Of a stretch of 64,000 bases of DNA, positions 34,162 to 43,289 are shown one piece after another (position 1 is the first letter of the stretch; each line of letters begins with the position of its first letter). Source of the DNA: an uncultured Verrucomicrobiota bacterium (lineage in GTDB: Bacteria > Verrucomicrobiota > Verrucomicrobiia > Limisphaerales > UBA9464); contig CAIVQB010000106.1 of assembly GCA_903907925.1 (NCBI GenBank), positions 24,990-88,989 on the forward strand, given 5' to 3'. A program made the position numbers and the translations under genes. Below the pieces are notes generated by a model, which was not told the origin of the DNA, did no database searches, and saw only the letters and a program-made list of their open reading frames with translations.

Positions 34162-36633
34162 ATGACTCCACTGCCGCGCCGTTGTTTCGTTGTCACTCTG
34201 CTGTTGTTGAAGTTTTGCCTCGCCGCCGGGGCGGACGGAATCCTGAAATTGCGCACTGATTCAGCGGTGTTTGTGATCCAGTCCGATGGGTCACTGGGTT
34301 CGATTTCGCGGTCCAAGGGTTCCAGTAACTACCTCGCCGCCGGTCAGCCGGCACCGCTCCTGAGCCTGCGGTTCAACGGCGCATTGCACGCGCCGGATCG
34401 CGCGAGCTGGGACGCGGCGAAAGGCCGACTGACCTTGCAGTACGGCGCGGCACACGCCACCGCCGTGTTGACCGCTGTGGCCAGGCCGACCCACGTGGTG
34501 TTTGAAATCGTCGAGGTGAATCCCGCCGAACGGGTCGAGCTGGCGCTCTGGGGGCCCTATCCGCTTCGGGTCGGCGGAACGGTGGGCGAAATCATCGGCG
34601 TGGTTCGGGATCGCGAGGTCGCCATTGGAATTCAGGTGTTGAACGCGAAGACACTCGGAGGGTACCCGGCGCGGGAGAATGACATCGACACCGAATATGG
34701 CGCGGATGATCCGGGATTCTATCCGAACCTCGCGCCCGAATTGCAGAAGGGACAGTCGTTCCGCGGCGACGCGGCGCGGGCGGCCTCGTTTGGGAGCGTT
34801 CTGCAGGCGTTCTGTCGCAACCGCAATCAGGAGCGCGTCATTCCCAACTGGGGTCACGAAAAATACCACGTTCCGGCCTTTCGGGATGGTGGAGTGATGG
34901 GCAGCCGGATCGCCCTCTTTGCCGTGCCGGAACCGAAGGCTCTGGCGACGCTGGGAGCGATTGAAGTGGCGGAAGGGCTGCCGCATCCGCTGATCGACGG
35001 CGTCTGGGGCAAGGTTTCGCCGGGGGCGACGGCGTCCTACCTGATTGTGGATTTTGGGGAGAGCACTGTGGATCGGGCGATTGAGATGACCCGGCGGGCC
35101 GGGTTGAAATATCTGTATCACAGCTCACCGTTCGCAACCTGGGGACATTTCCAGCTCAAGCCGGAACTGTTTCCCAACGGCTGGGAGGGATTCCGGATCT
35201 GTGTGGAAAAAGCCCGGCGCGCCGGCATTCGGATCGGGTTCCACAATCTCTCAAATTTCATCACACCGAACGATGCCTACGTGACGCCACGGCCCGATCC
35301 GCGGCTGGCGATCATCGGCGGCAGCGGGCTGGTGGCGGACGTGGATGCCGGTGCCCGGGAACTGGCGGTGGCCGATCCGGAGTATTTCACCAAAAAAACC
35401 ATCCTGAACACCGTGCGGATCGGCGATGAGTTGATCCGTTTCGAATCCGTTTCCACGGCGGCACCGTGGCGGCTGTTGGGATGTCAACGCGGGGCCTTTG
35501 GAACCGCGGCCACGGCTCATGCCGCGGGCGCGCCGGTGGCGCGGCTGCTGGATCATGACTACAAGGTCTTCCTGTCTGATGCCGATCTTGCCCAGGAGAT
35601 CGCGCGCAACATTGCCGATTTCTGCAATCGAACCGGCGCACTGCAGCTTTCCTTCGATGGTTTGGAGGGGAATTGGTCGACGGGATATGGGCAGTACGGA
35701 CGGACGCTGTTCACAAAAGCGTGGTACGACGCGCTGAATCCGCGAATGCGTGGGCAGGTCATCAACGACGCAAGTAATCCGGGTCATTTTAACTGGCACA
35801 TCTATACCCGCATGAACTGGGGCGAGCCGTGGTATGCGGGATTCCGGGAGAGTCAGACCCTGTATCGCTTCAAGAACCAGGTGTTGTTCGAACGCAATTT
35901 CATGCCCCACATGCTGGGCTGGTTTGCCCTGCGGCCGGGCACCAGCATCGAGGACGCGGAATGGCTGCTCGCACGGGCTGCGGGATTCGACGCCGGCTTC
36001 ACGCTGGCCACCAGCCTGGCGAGTACCGCGCAGTTGGCGGCGGATCCGGCGTCGGCCGACACCGCCCGCCAGTTCGGCGCGACCACTGCCATCCTGGTGT
36101 CGATCGCGCAGTGGGAGACGGCACGGATGTCCGGAGCGTTTCCGCCAACGGTCAAAGCTCTGCTGCGCGACAACACCCGCGAATTCCACCTGCAACCCGT
36201 GTCTCGTGGTCGTTGGGATTTGCACGAGGTGCACGTCGACCGGGGCGTTCTCGAGGCCGGAAAAACGGGTTCGGCCGTCGTGGAATTTCAGAATCCCTCG
36301 GCGTCACAATCCGTTCAATGGATCCTACGTTCGACCGCCAAGACCCCGCTCAATGGCATCACGGTGGAGCTAAACGGCCACCCGATCCTGGATGCGAAAG
36401 ACGTTTCGATTCCGGCGGGAGGAAGTCTGAAATACACCGGCGGCGATGCCGTGGTGGTGGCGGACACCGGTTGGAAGGAAGTCAACCGCCTGCCGATTCG
36501 AGCCGACGCAGCCCGCGTCGAAACCGGCGGTTCGCGAATGAAAATCGCTGCGGCGCTTCCGGAGGGATCGAGTCTCCGAATCGAACTGCGCACGGTCGGT
36601 CCGGCGATGCACTTGAGAGCAGGGCATCGTTGA
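34162..36633 (+). CDS. Hypothetical exported protein (823 aa)
   Basis: Signal peptide MTPLPRRCFVVTLLLLKFCLAAGA. Long ORF with coding-like composition. The central part could be a TIM-barrel hydrolase, but no motif was confidently recognised. Confidence 0.55.
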   Translation: MTPLPRRCFVVTLLLLKFCLAAGADGILKLRTDSAVFVIQSDGSLGSISRSKGSSNYLAAGQPAPLLSLRFNGALHAPDRASWDAAKGRLTLQYGAAHATAVLTAVARPTHVVFEIVEVNPAERVELALWGPYPLRVGGTVGEIIGVVRDREVAIGIQVLNAKTLGGYPARENDIDTEYGADDPGFYPNLAPELQKGQSFRGDAARAASFGSVLQAFCRNRNQERVIPNWGHEKYHVPAFRDGGVMGSRIALFAVPEPKALATLGAIEVAEGLPHPLIDGVWGKVSPGATASYLIVDFGESTVDRAIEMTRRAGLKYLYHSSPFATWGHFQLKPELFPNGWEGFRICVEKARRAGIRIGFHNLSNFITPNDAYVTPRPDPRLAIIGGSGLVADVDAGARELAVADPEYFTKKTILNTVRIGDELIRFESVSTAAPWRLLGCQRGAFGTAATAHAAGAPVARLLDHDYKVFLSDADLAQEIARNIADFCNRTGALQLSFDGLEGNWSTGYGQYGRTLFTKAWYDALNPRMRGQVINDASNPGHFNWHIYTRMNWGEPWYAGFRESQTLYRFKNQVLFERNFMPHMLGWFALRPGTSIEDAEWLLARAAGFDAGFTLATSLASTAQLAADPASADTARQFGATTAILVSIAQWETARMSGAFPPTVKALLRDNTREFHLQPVSRGRWDLHEVHVDRGVLEAGKTGSAVVEFQNPSASQSVQWILRSTAKTPLNGITVELNGHPILDAKDVSIPAGGSLKYTGGDAVVVADTGWKEVNRLPIRADAARVETGGSRMKIAAALPEGSSLRIELRTVGPAMHLRAGHR

Positions 36634-36751
36634 ACCCGGTGGGATTGTCGTCCGTGCGAATCCGCGATCCATGGCGGCCGGGGACTTGTTGCAGTGAAAC
36701 TGCAGATCGGGCGGACCGGAAGTCGATGAGAAGACTCCGTGCAGAGGCGCT

Positions 36752-37159
36752 CTAAAGCCAGCCGAGTTCGACCAGTTTCTCGGCGAGCATCTTGGGCGAT
36801 ACCACTTTCACGCCCTCCACGGTCTTTCCAAACAGGTGCCCGAAATCCGTTTGGTCACCTGTCATCAGGTGCGTCGCCCTTCCTGCCATCGCACCGGCCA
36901 GGATGGGTTGATCCTTCTCCTTCAACGGCACTGGCAATTCAGCCGGGAAGGACGAGGTCAGCTCGCACTTCTTCGCCAGCATCTCGAAGTGGGGAAGGAT
37001 CTCCGGGCATTTAACTCCGAGATTTCGCCGCACCTCCTCCAACGCGTAGGAGTTGGTCAGGCAGACCGCCCGCTTGAAGAGGATCTGCAAAAGGGCGCGC
37101 ATCCGGGAATGCGGTTGCGCGCCTGAAAACAAGACGTTGGCGTCCAGGAAGACCCTCAT
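36752..37159 (-). CDS. PIN-domain toxin (PIN_3-like)
   Basis: 135 aa. MRVFLDANVLFSG ... KDQPILAGAMAGRATHLMTGDQTDF. 4-nt overlap with the upstream antitoxin. Confidence 0.75.
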   Translation of the reverse strand: MRVFLDANVLFSGAQPHSRMRALLQILFKRAVCLTNSYALEEVRRNLGVKCPEILPHFEMLAKKCELTSSFPAELPVPLKEKDQPILAGAMAGRATHLMTGDQTDFGHLFGKTVEGVKVVSPKMLAEKLVELGWL

Positions 37160-37386
37160 CGCTTGAGCTTGAAGCCGGCGAGAGCCGAGTCGTTGTTGCG
37201 CTCGAATTCCGCCAGCCGCTTGGGTGAGTAAATCTCGACCGGAACCGTGACCCCGGGACGCAGCAAAAGGCCGCCGTCGGTTTCCTCGACGACTACCTGG
37301 CCGCTGGCCGTGATGCCCAACCGCTGCCGCAGATCCTTGGGCAAGGTGAGCGTTCCACGCTCGTTGATGCTGACAACTTTGGTCAT
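37156..37386 (-). CDS. AbrB/MazE/SpoVT family antitoxin
   Basis: 76 aa. INERGTLTLPKDLRQRLGITASGQVVVEE, a SpoVT/AbrB motif. Confidence 0.75.
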   Translation of the reverse strand: MTKVVSINERGTLTLPKDLRQRLGITASGQVVVEETDGGLLLRPGVTVPVEIYSPKRLAEFERNNDSALAGFKLKR

Positions 37387-37561
37387 GGATTCATCTTCTC
37401 ACACTTTCAGTATTTCAGCAAGAAGTGCCCTGTGGACCATGATTCCAAGAGCGATTCAGCCTCGCGCGCGTGCGCCGTCTCGAAATGAAACGAGGTCTCG
37501 TCCAATCATTTCGTCAATCGGAGCCGGACGCACCTGGCTCGGAGCCTTGCCAAATCTCAAG

Positions 37562-38839
37562 TCACCGCTTTTCCGAATGACTGACGAAAACAATGTGTGT
37601 TCCGTCCGGTGACCAGCAGGGGGATTCCAAGCTCCCCGCGCCGCCGAACAGGTACGCAAGGGTTCGAGGAGCACCCCCGGCCACGGGAACAACCTTCAGT
37701 GTGACTCGCTGAAACGCTGGAGGGGTCTTGGGGTTGGTGTCGTGCGGATAGGCGAGGTAGGCCAGAGATTGTCCGTCCGGCGAAGGATGCACCGAACGAG
37801 CGTGGTCCAGATCGAAGGTCAGTTGTCGGGCCTCCGATCCGTCGATCCGACTGCGCCAGATCTGGTGGGTCCCGCTCCGGCTGTCGCTGAAATAGCGGTA
37901 GGGTCCGGTGGAATTGGGTTCATTCGTCGAGCCCATCGCACTTGAGGGTTGCGGCGCACCACCGGCCGCGGAAATCACGTGCGGTCGTCCTGCCTTGAGA
38001 AACAGGATTTGCCGACCGTCCTGACCAAAGGTCGGTGAAGCCAATCGGCCGTCGTCTTCAAGTAGAACTCTCCGTTTGCCGGTCGAAACTTCCACCGTCT
38101 CCAACTTGCTTCCCAGAATGACGCCGGCGTGACTGACCGTTTTGACGAGCCGGTTGGGATGCCAGTCCGGCGGTACCGGCGTGGAAATGCGGACATTCCA
38201 AATCCGGGCCTCCTGCAGGCCGTCCGGGTCGTGAGCGAGGTCATACGGTCCAATGAGGACCTCGTCCTTGAGTTCAGGCAGGGTGACCGAGCCCATTTCC
38301 TCCAAGGGCTCACCTGGATGGGCGATCCGCATCGTGATCGTCTTTCCGACCCGCTCGAGCTGGAGGATCGCCTCCCCGAGATACGATTTCGGGAAGAAGA
38401 TCTCCTCCTGCGGATCCCGCATGTAGGCACCGCGCATGAGCCGCCATTGCAACACCGCCAGACCGTCTCCGTGCAGGCAGGTGTTGATGCTGACGGCATC
38501 GTGGTCCGTGCTTTCGCGGATCATCCATCCGGTTTTGCGATGACCGTTTCCGCCCTCGTTGCCGATGAGTTGGAAATGGGCGCTGAGAAGAAAGTCGCCC
38601 TTGATCTTCCGGTGCAGGAAATGGAATTCGTCATGGTTGAACCAGATGTTGTAGCCGCCGCCTTTCAGCGTGTAGGTCTGGGAGGCTTCGTCATAGGCGG
38701 ATGAGCCCTTGACCTTGGGAGCACCGACGTCCACCGCTGCTTCGAACTCGCCGACCTGGGCTGCCAGGCTCATCCAGCAGATGCTGGAGAGGATCGTTCG
38801 AAGAAGTGCTTTCAGGATGGGTTTCATTGAAATGAGCAC
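37562..38839 (-). CDS. Exported protein with N-terminal beta-sandwich (lectin/LamG-like) domain and C-terminal TolB-like PD40 beta-propeller
   Basis: 425 aa. Signal peptide. C-terminal YFSDSRSGTHQIWRSRIDGSEARQLTF...HPSPDGQSLAYLAY...SPDGTHIVFVS are PD40 repeats. Its start overlaps the DUF1501 stop by 1 nt. Confidence 0.6.
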   Translation of the reverse strand: MLISMKPILKALLRTILSSICWMSLAAQVGEFEAAVDVGAPKVKGSSAYDEASQTYTLKGGGYNIWFNHDEFHFLHRKIKGDFLLSAHFQLIGNEGGNGHRKTGWMIRESTDHDAVSINTCLHGDGLAVLQWRLMRGAYMRDPQEEIFFPKSYLGEAILQLERVGKTITMRIAHPGEPLEEMGSVTLPELKDEVLIGPYDLAHDPDGLQEARIWNVRISTPVPPDWHPNRLVKTVSHAGVILGSKLETVEVSTGKRRVLLEDDGRLASPTFGQDGRQILFLKAGRPHVISAAGGAPQPSSAMGSTNEPNSTGPYRYFSDSRSGTHQIWRSRIDGSEARQLTFDLDHARSVHPSPDGQSLAYLAYPHDTNPKTPPAFQRVTLKVVPVAGGAPRTLAYLFGGAGSLESPCWSPDGTHIVFVSHSEKR

Positions 38840-40269
38840 TAGGCCAGCACGCCCCGGATCACCGAGCCGTAGACGTCGGTCAGTCGGAAATCCCGCCCTG
38901 AGTAGCGGTAGGTGAGGCGTTCGTGGTCGAATCCGAGCAGGTGTAGAATCGTGGCGTGTAGATCGTGCACGTGGACCTTGTTCTCGACCGCGCGAAACCC
39001 GAATTCATCGGTGGCACCAAAGATAGTCCCACCCTTGACCCCGGCGCCGGCAAGCCACATGGAAAAGCCGTAGGCATTGTGGTCGCGACCGTTTGAACCC
39101 TGTGTGGTTGGGGTGCGACCGAATTCACCGCCCCAGATGATGAGGGTGTCTTCAAACATGCCGCGTTGTTTCAAATCGGTCAGCAGGGCGGCGATCGGCT
39201 GATCAATGTCGTGGGCGTATTTGCGATGATCGGCCTCCAGGTTGGCGTGGCTGTCCCAGGGTTGTCCGGCGCCGTGCCAGAGTTGGACATAGCGGACACC
39301 GCGTTCGAGAAGGCGTCGGGCAATCAGTGTCTGTCGCGCGTGAACGCCGTCGCCGTAGAGCTTGCGGATGGATTCCGGTTCATTGGCGATGTCGAAGGCG
39401 TCGGTGGCCTCCATTTGCATGCGGTAGGCCAGTTCAAAGGATTCGATCCGCGATTCCAATTGCCCGTCCGGATCGGGGCTCGGTCGGTGTTCGGTTTCCA
39501 GCGCCCGGAGAAGATCCAGTTGCCGGCGTTGTTGATCCCGCGAAAGGCGGGGGTTCCGGATGTGGGCGATCAGCTTCTCGATCTGGGTATGCTGGGTGTC
39601 GATGTAGGTGCCCTGATAAACTGCGGGCAGAAATCCGGCCTGCCAGTTCTCGCTCTCCTTCACCGGCAGACCATTCGGACACATGGCGATGAACGCGGGG
39701 AGATTCTGGTTTTCAGCGCCGAGTCCGTAGGTCACCCAGGATCCGACACTGGGACGCACCTGGATGGCGTCGCCGCAGTTCATCAGCATCAGTGACGGTT
39801 CATGATTGGGCAGATCGGCAGTCATCGAACGGATGACGGCGAGGTCATCGGCATGCTCCCCGGTTCGTGCGAACAACTCGCTGATCTCCATCCCGCATTG
39901 ACCATAGCGGCGGAAGGAGAACGGCGATGGAAAGGCACCGGTCGTGACATTTTCGGTGGCCAGATTGCCCGTCGGCAACGGCTTTCCGACCCGCCGGGCC
40001 AGGGCGGGTTTCGGGTCAAACGTGTCCACCTGGGACGGACCGCCGTTGAGAAAGAAATGGATCACCCGTTTCGCCTTCGCAGGGAAATGCGGGGCGCGGG
40101 CACCCAGCGGGTGGGTGAAGGATTCGGCGCGTGCGACGGAGCGGGCAACGTCGGTTCCCAGCAAGCCCGCGAACGCGAGCGATCCCATCCCCATCCCGGT
40201 ACGCCGAAAAAACCGGCGTCGGCTGAGAACGGCGTCGTGGCGGAGGTTGGGTGGAAGAGGCCGGTTCAT
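38839..40269 (-). CDS. DUF1501 domain-containing protein (sulfatase-fold, Tat signal)
   Basis: 476 aa. RRRFFRRTGMGMGSLAFAGLL Tat leader. VIHFFLNGGPSQVDTFDPKP, GRDHN and the C-terminal DLHATILHLLG motif typical of DUF1501. Confidence 0.9.
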   Translation of the reverse strand: MNRPLPPNLRHDAVLSRRRFFRRTGMGMGSLAFAGLLGTDVARSVARAESFTHPLGARAPHFPAKAKRVIHFFLNGGPSQVDTFDPKPALARRVGKPLPTGNLATENVTTGAFPSPFSFRRYGQCGMEISELFARTGEHADDLAVIRSMTADLPNHEPSLMLMNCGDAIQVRPSVGSWVTYGLGAENQNLPAFIAMCPNGLPVKESENWQAGFLPAVYQGTYIDTQHTQIEKLIAHIRNPRLSRDQQRRQLDLLRALETEHRPSPDPDGQLESRIESFELAYRMQMEATDAFDIANEPESIRKLYGDGVHARQTLIARRLLERGVRYVQLWHGAGQPWDSHANLEADHRKYAHDIDQPIAALLTDLKQRGMFEDTLIIWGGEFGRTPTTQGSNGRDHNAYGFSMWLAGAGVKGGTIFGATDEFGFRAVENKVHVHDLHATILHLLGFDHERLTYRYSGRDFRLTDVYGSVIRGVLA

Positions 40270-43226
40270 TCGACGAAGGAGAACTCGTTGGAGAACAACA
40301 GGACCTGGGCCAATTGTTCAAGTGTGGGCACCGTCGAATCCGGATCCGCGCCCCCCGGGTTGAGAAAGGCCAATCCCAAGGCCTGCTCGCGGTCGCTCGG
40401 CGGGCGTTGATGCACGAAGGAATAGAGTCGGGTCACCCGTTCCGCGGCGCCGGGCGAGTCGCCTGCGGCCAAAACACGGTGCGCCACCGCCTTCGCCCTA
40501 TCCATGATCCAGTCGCTGTTCAGGAGATAGAGTGCCTGCTGGGGAACGGTGGTCGTGTGGCGTTGCGGCGCATGGGTGTCCGGGTTTGCGAAGTCGAAGG
40601 CCCGGAGTGCGGCTGGCACGAACTTTCGATCGACTCGACCGTAAATCGTTCGCCTTGGAACCACGGGATTCGTTTCGAGATCAAAGGAACGTCCCCCGGC
40701 CGCGAGATCCAGCTCGCCGCTGGCGGCCAGCATGGAATCCCGCAGCACTTCGAAGTCGAGCCGCTGACGAGGGAAATGTCCCAGGAGCCGGTTGCCTGGA
40801 TCGACCCGGGCTACGGTGGTGGGATCACTGGCCGGAGTTGCCGCCTGTTGATAGGTGGAACTCAGGAGAATCAGTCGATGGAGCTGCTTCAGCGACCAAC
40901 CCTCGTGGACGAAACGGCAGGCCAGCCAGTCGAGTAATTCTGAATGGCTGGGTGGTTCCGAGCGGACGCCGAAATCGCTGGGAGTGGCCACCAATCCGAC
41001 ACCGAAATGATGCGCCCAAACCCGATTGACCATCACCCGCGCGGTCAAGGGATTCATGGGGTCGGTGATGGCGTGGGCCAGATCCAGCCGGCCGCTTCCA
41101 CCCGAAAACACCGGAGTCTGCGAGTTCGACACTGCCTGAAGAAAACGATGAGGAACCTCGTCCTGCGGTTTTGCGGGATCGCCCCGTTTGAAAATACGGG
41201 CGTTGGCGGGAGTCGGCCGGTCGGCGAGGATCAACGCCAAGGGTGGTGCACCAGGTGCACCGTTGGCCCATTGTTCCACCTCCATCTGAAGTCGCGACAG
41301 GGCGACGCGGTTCGGATCGTCGAAGTACAGGTGCACGTCGAGTTCAACGATCGAACCGGCTGGTACGAGCACGGGCGCGTCGGTGCCGTACAACACCTGA
41401 CGTAACTCCTCGGCGGCGGGATCGGCCAGACGGGTGGGTGCGGATGCCTTCCGGGAATTTGCGTCGTCCACAGCGGCACGCCATTCCTGATGAACACCGG
41501 CCAGGAGCCGGCCATAGCGTTCGGCCACCTCATCCAGGGACGCGGGAGTATTGGTGAACAGACTGGCGACGCGCGGATTGACGGACGGACCCTGGGCCTG
41601 GGCTGAGGCAAACCGATGTGCCAACGCGGGCGAGTCCTGTTCCCAGCGATTACCATCGAGATCCATGAATGCGAACAACGGCGTGAAGACCGGATGAAAT
41701 TGCCGGCGTTTCGTGGACAGGTAGTGGTCCCATTGCCGGACGTTGTAGGGATTGATGTCGTCTGGAGCCGGGCGGACGTTCGCACCCACCGCGCCCAAGG
41801 CATCCTGATGGACGACCCGCTTCAAGTACTCGCCGGATTTTGCACGGAGACGATCCGCCACCTGATCGCTTGCGGCTTTGAATGTCGTCTCCAATTTTTG
41901 CACCCGGGCCTGCAGTTCCCGTTCGAATTCGAGATACTCCCGGGCCTGGCCAAAGGTGGTTGCCGAGTCGGGCGAGGGCCGCGCGACCAGTGGTACCACC
42001 TGTTCCCGTGAGCTTTGGAAAATCCCGTAAAGTGCGTAGTAATCCGCGGTGGGAATCGGGTCGAATTTATGGTCGTGGCAACGCGCGCAGCCAATGGTGA
42101 GTCCCTGGGTGCCGCGGATCACCACGTCCAGTTGATCGTCGATGATATCATGGGGGTTCCCCAAAAACCGCCGACCCAGGGTGAGGAATCCCATCGCGGC
42201 GACGTCAGGGGCGCCACCCGCGGCGTCCGGATCCACGGTGGAGGCGTGGAGGTGTTCCGCGCGCGGATGTCCGTCGTCCACGAGCCGGTCAGCGGCGATC
42301 TGGAGTTCGAGGAACCGGTTGTAGGGCAGGTCGCGATTCAATGCATCGACCACCCAATCCCGGTAGTGATGCGGTTGCACGAACTGGCTCTCTTCATAGT
42401 AGAACACGTAGCCCTTGGTGTCGGAATAGCGCGCCACGTCGAGCCAGTGGCGGCCCCATCGTTCGCCGTACCGCGGTGATGCGAGCAACCGGTCGACGAC
42501 CCGGGCAAAGGCATCGGGCGAGTCGTCGTGAAGGAAGGCCTCGCATTCCTCGTTCGACGGCGGAAGGCCGGTGAGATCGAGGGTCGCACGGCGGAGCAGT
42601 GTTCGACGGTCGGCGGGTGCCGCCGGTTTGAGTCCGTGGGATTCCAGCGCGGCGAGAACGAAGCGATCCACTGGAGACCGCGGCCAACCCGTGTCGCGAA
42701 CCGGCGGTAGTGGAGGATTCTTCGGTGGACGAAACGCCCAATGCCCGGCGGCGGCGTGTAGGGCTGGCGGCGGGTTCCCGGCGAGTCCGCGGGGATCCGC
42801 TGCCCCCGCCCGAATCCAGTCGGCAAATCCAACGAGTTCATTCGCCGAGAGCCGGCACTGAACCGGCAACGGGACGGCACCGTTCGGTGTCGGATCCAGA
42901 CTCCCGGTGATCAATCGACTCTTCCTGGGTTCGCCGGGTACAATCGTTCCACCGAGCCCTTCGCGAGTGTCGAGACGAAGGGTGGTGCGCGGCGGAGTTG
43001 AAGCGGATCCATGACACGTCACGCAACGTCCGACGAGGACCGGACGCACCGCGCGCTCGAAGCTGTCGAAATCATCGGCCGCGGTACTCACGATCCCCAA
43101 CATCCAGACGCCGATCCACGCCGCCACCCGTCGAGCGAGGAGGATGGAATGCGGTACGGAACGTCCGGCGACGGGCATGGCTGTCCAGATTTGATACGTC
43201 GGGGCGCAGAACCCGACAAGACTCAT
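40266..43226 (-). CDS. PSCyt (planctomycete cytochrome c) + DUF1549 + DUF1553 (PSD1) domain protein
   Basis: 986 aa. CVTCHG heme-binding motif near the N-terminus. C-terminal ...LAQVLLFSNEFSFVE is the typical DUF1553 ending. 4-nt overlap with DUF1501. Alternative start at 43178. Confidence 0.9.
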   Translation of the reverse strand: MSLVGFCAPTYQIWTAMPVAGRSVPHSILLARRVAAWIGVWMLGIVSTAADDFDSFERAVRPVLVGRCVTCHGSASTPPRTTLRLDTREGLGGTIVPGEPRKSRLITGSLDPTPNGAVPLPVQCRLSANELVGFADWIRAGAADPRGLAGNPPPALHAAAGHWAFRPPKNPPLPPVRDTGWPRSPVDRFVLAALESHGLKPAAPADRRTLLRRATLDLTGLPPSNEECEAFLHDDSPDAFARVVDRLLASPRYGERWGRHWLDVARYSDTKGYVFYYEESQFVQPHHYRDWVVDALNRDLPYNRFLELQIAADRLVDDGHPRAEHLHASTVDPDAAGGAPDVAAMGFLTLGRRFLGNPHDIIDDQLDVVIRGTQGLTIGCARCHDHKFDPIPTADYYALYGIFQSSREQVVPLVARPSPDSATTFGQAREYLEFERELQARVQKLETTFKAASDQVADRLRAKSGEYLKRVVHQDALGAVGANVRPAPDDINPYNVRQWDHYLSTKRRQFHPVFTPLFAFMDLDGNRWEQDSPALAHRFASAQAQGPSVNPRVASLFTNTPASLDEVAERYGRLLAGVHQEWRAAVDDANSRKASAPTRLADPAAEELRQVLYGTDAPVLVPAGSIVELDVHLYFDDPNRVALSRLQMEVEQWANGAPGAPPLALILADRPTPANARIFKRGDPAKPQDEVPHRFLQAVSNSQTPVFSGGSGRLDLAHAITDPMNPLTARVMVNRVWAHHFGVGLVATPSDFGVRSEPPSHSELLDWLACRFVHEGWSLKQLHRLILLSSTYQQAATPASDPTTVARVDPGNRLLGHFPRQRLDFEVLRDSMLAASGELDLAAGGRSFDLETNPVVPRRTIYGRVDRKFVPAALRAFDFANPDTHAPQRHTTTVPQQALYLLNSDWIMDRAKAVAHRVLAAGDSPGAAERVTRLYSFVHQRPPSDREQALGLAFLNPGGADPDSTVPTLEQLAQVLLFSNEFSFVE

Positions 43227-43289
43227 TCCCGGTGGGAGTCGGTCGAAAGGCTGTTCAACACCCGGAGATCCGCGCGCTTGAACCAGGGA

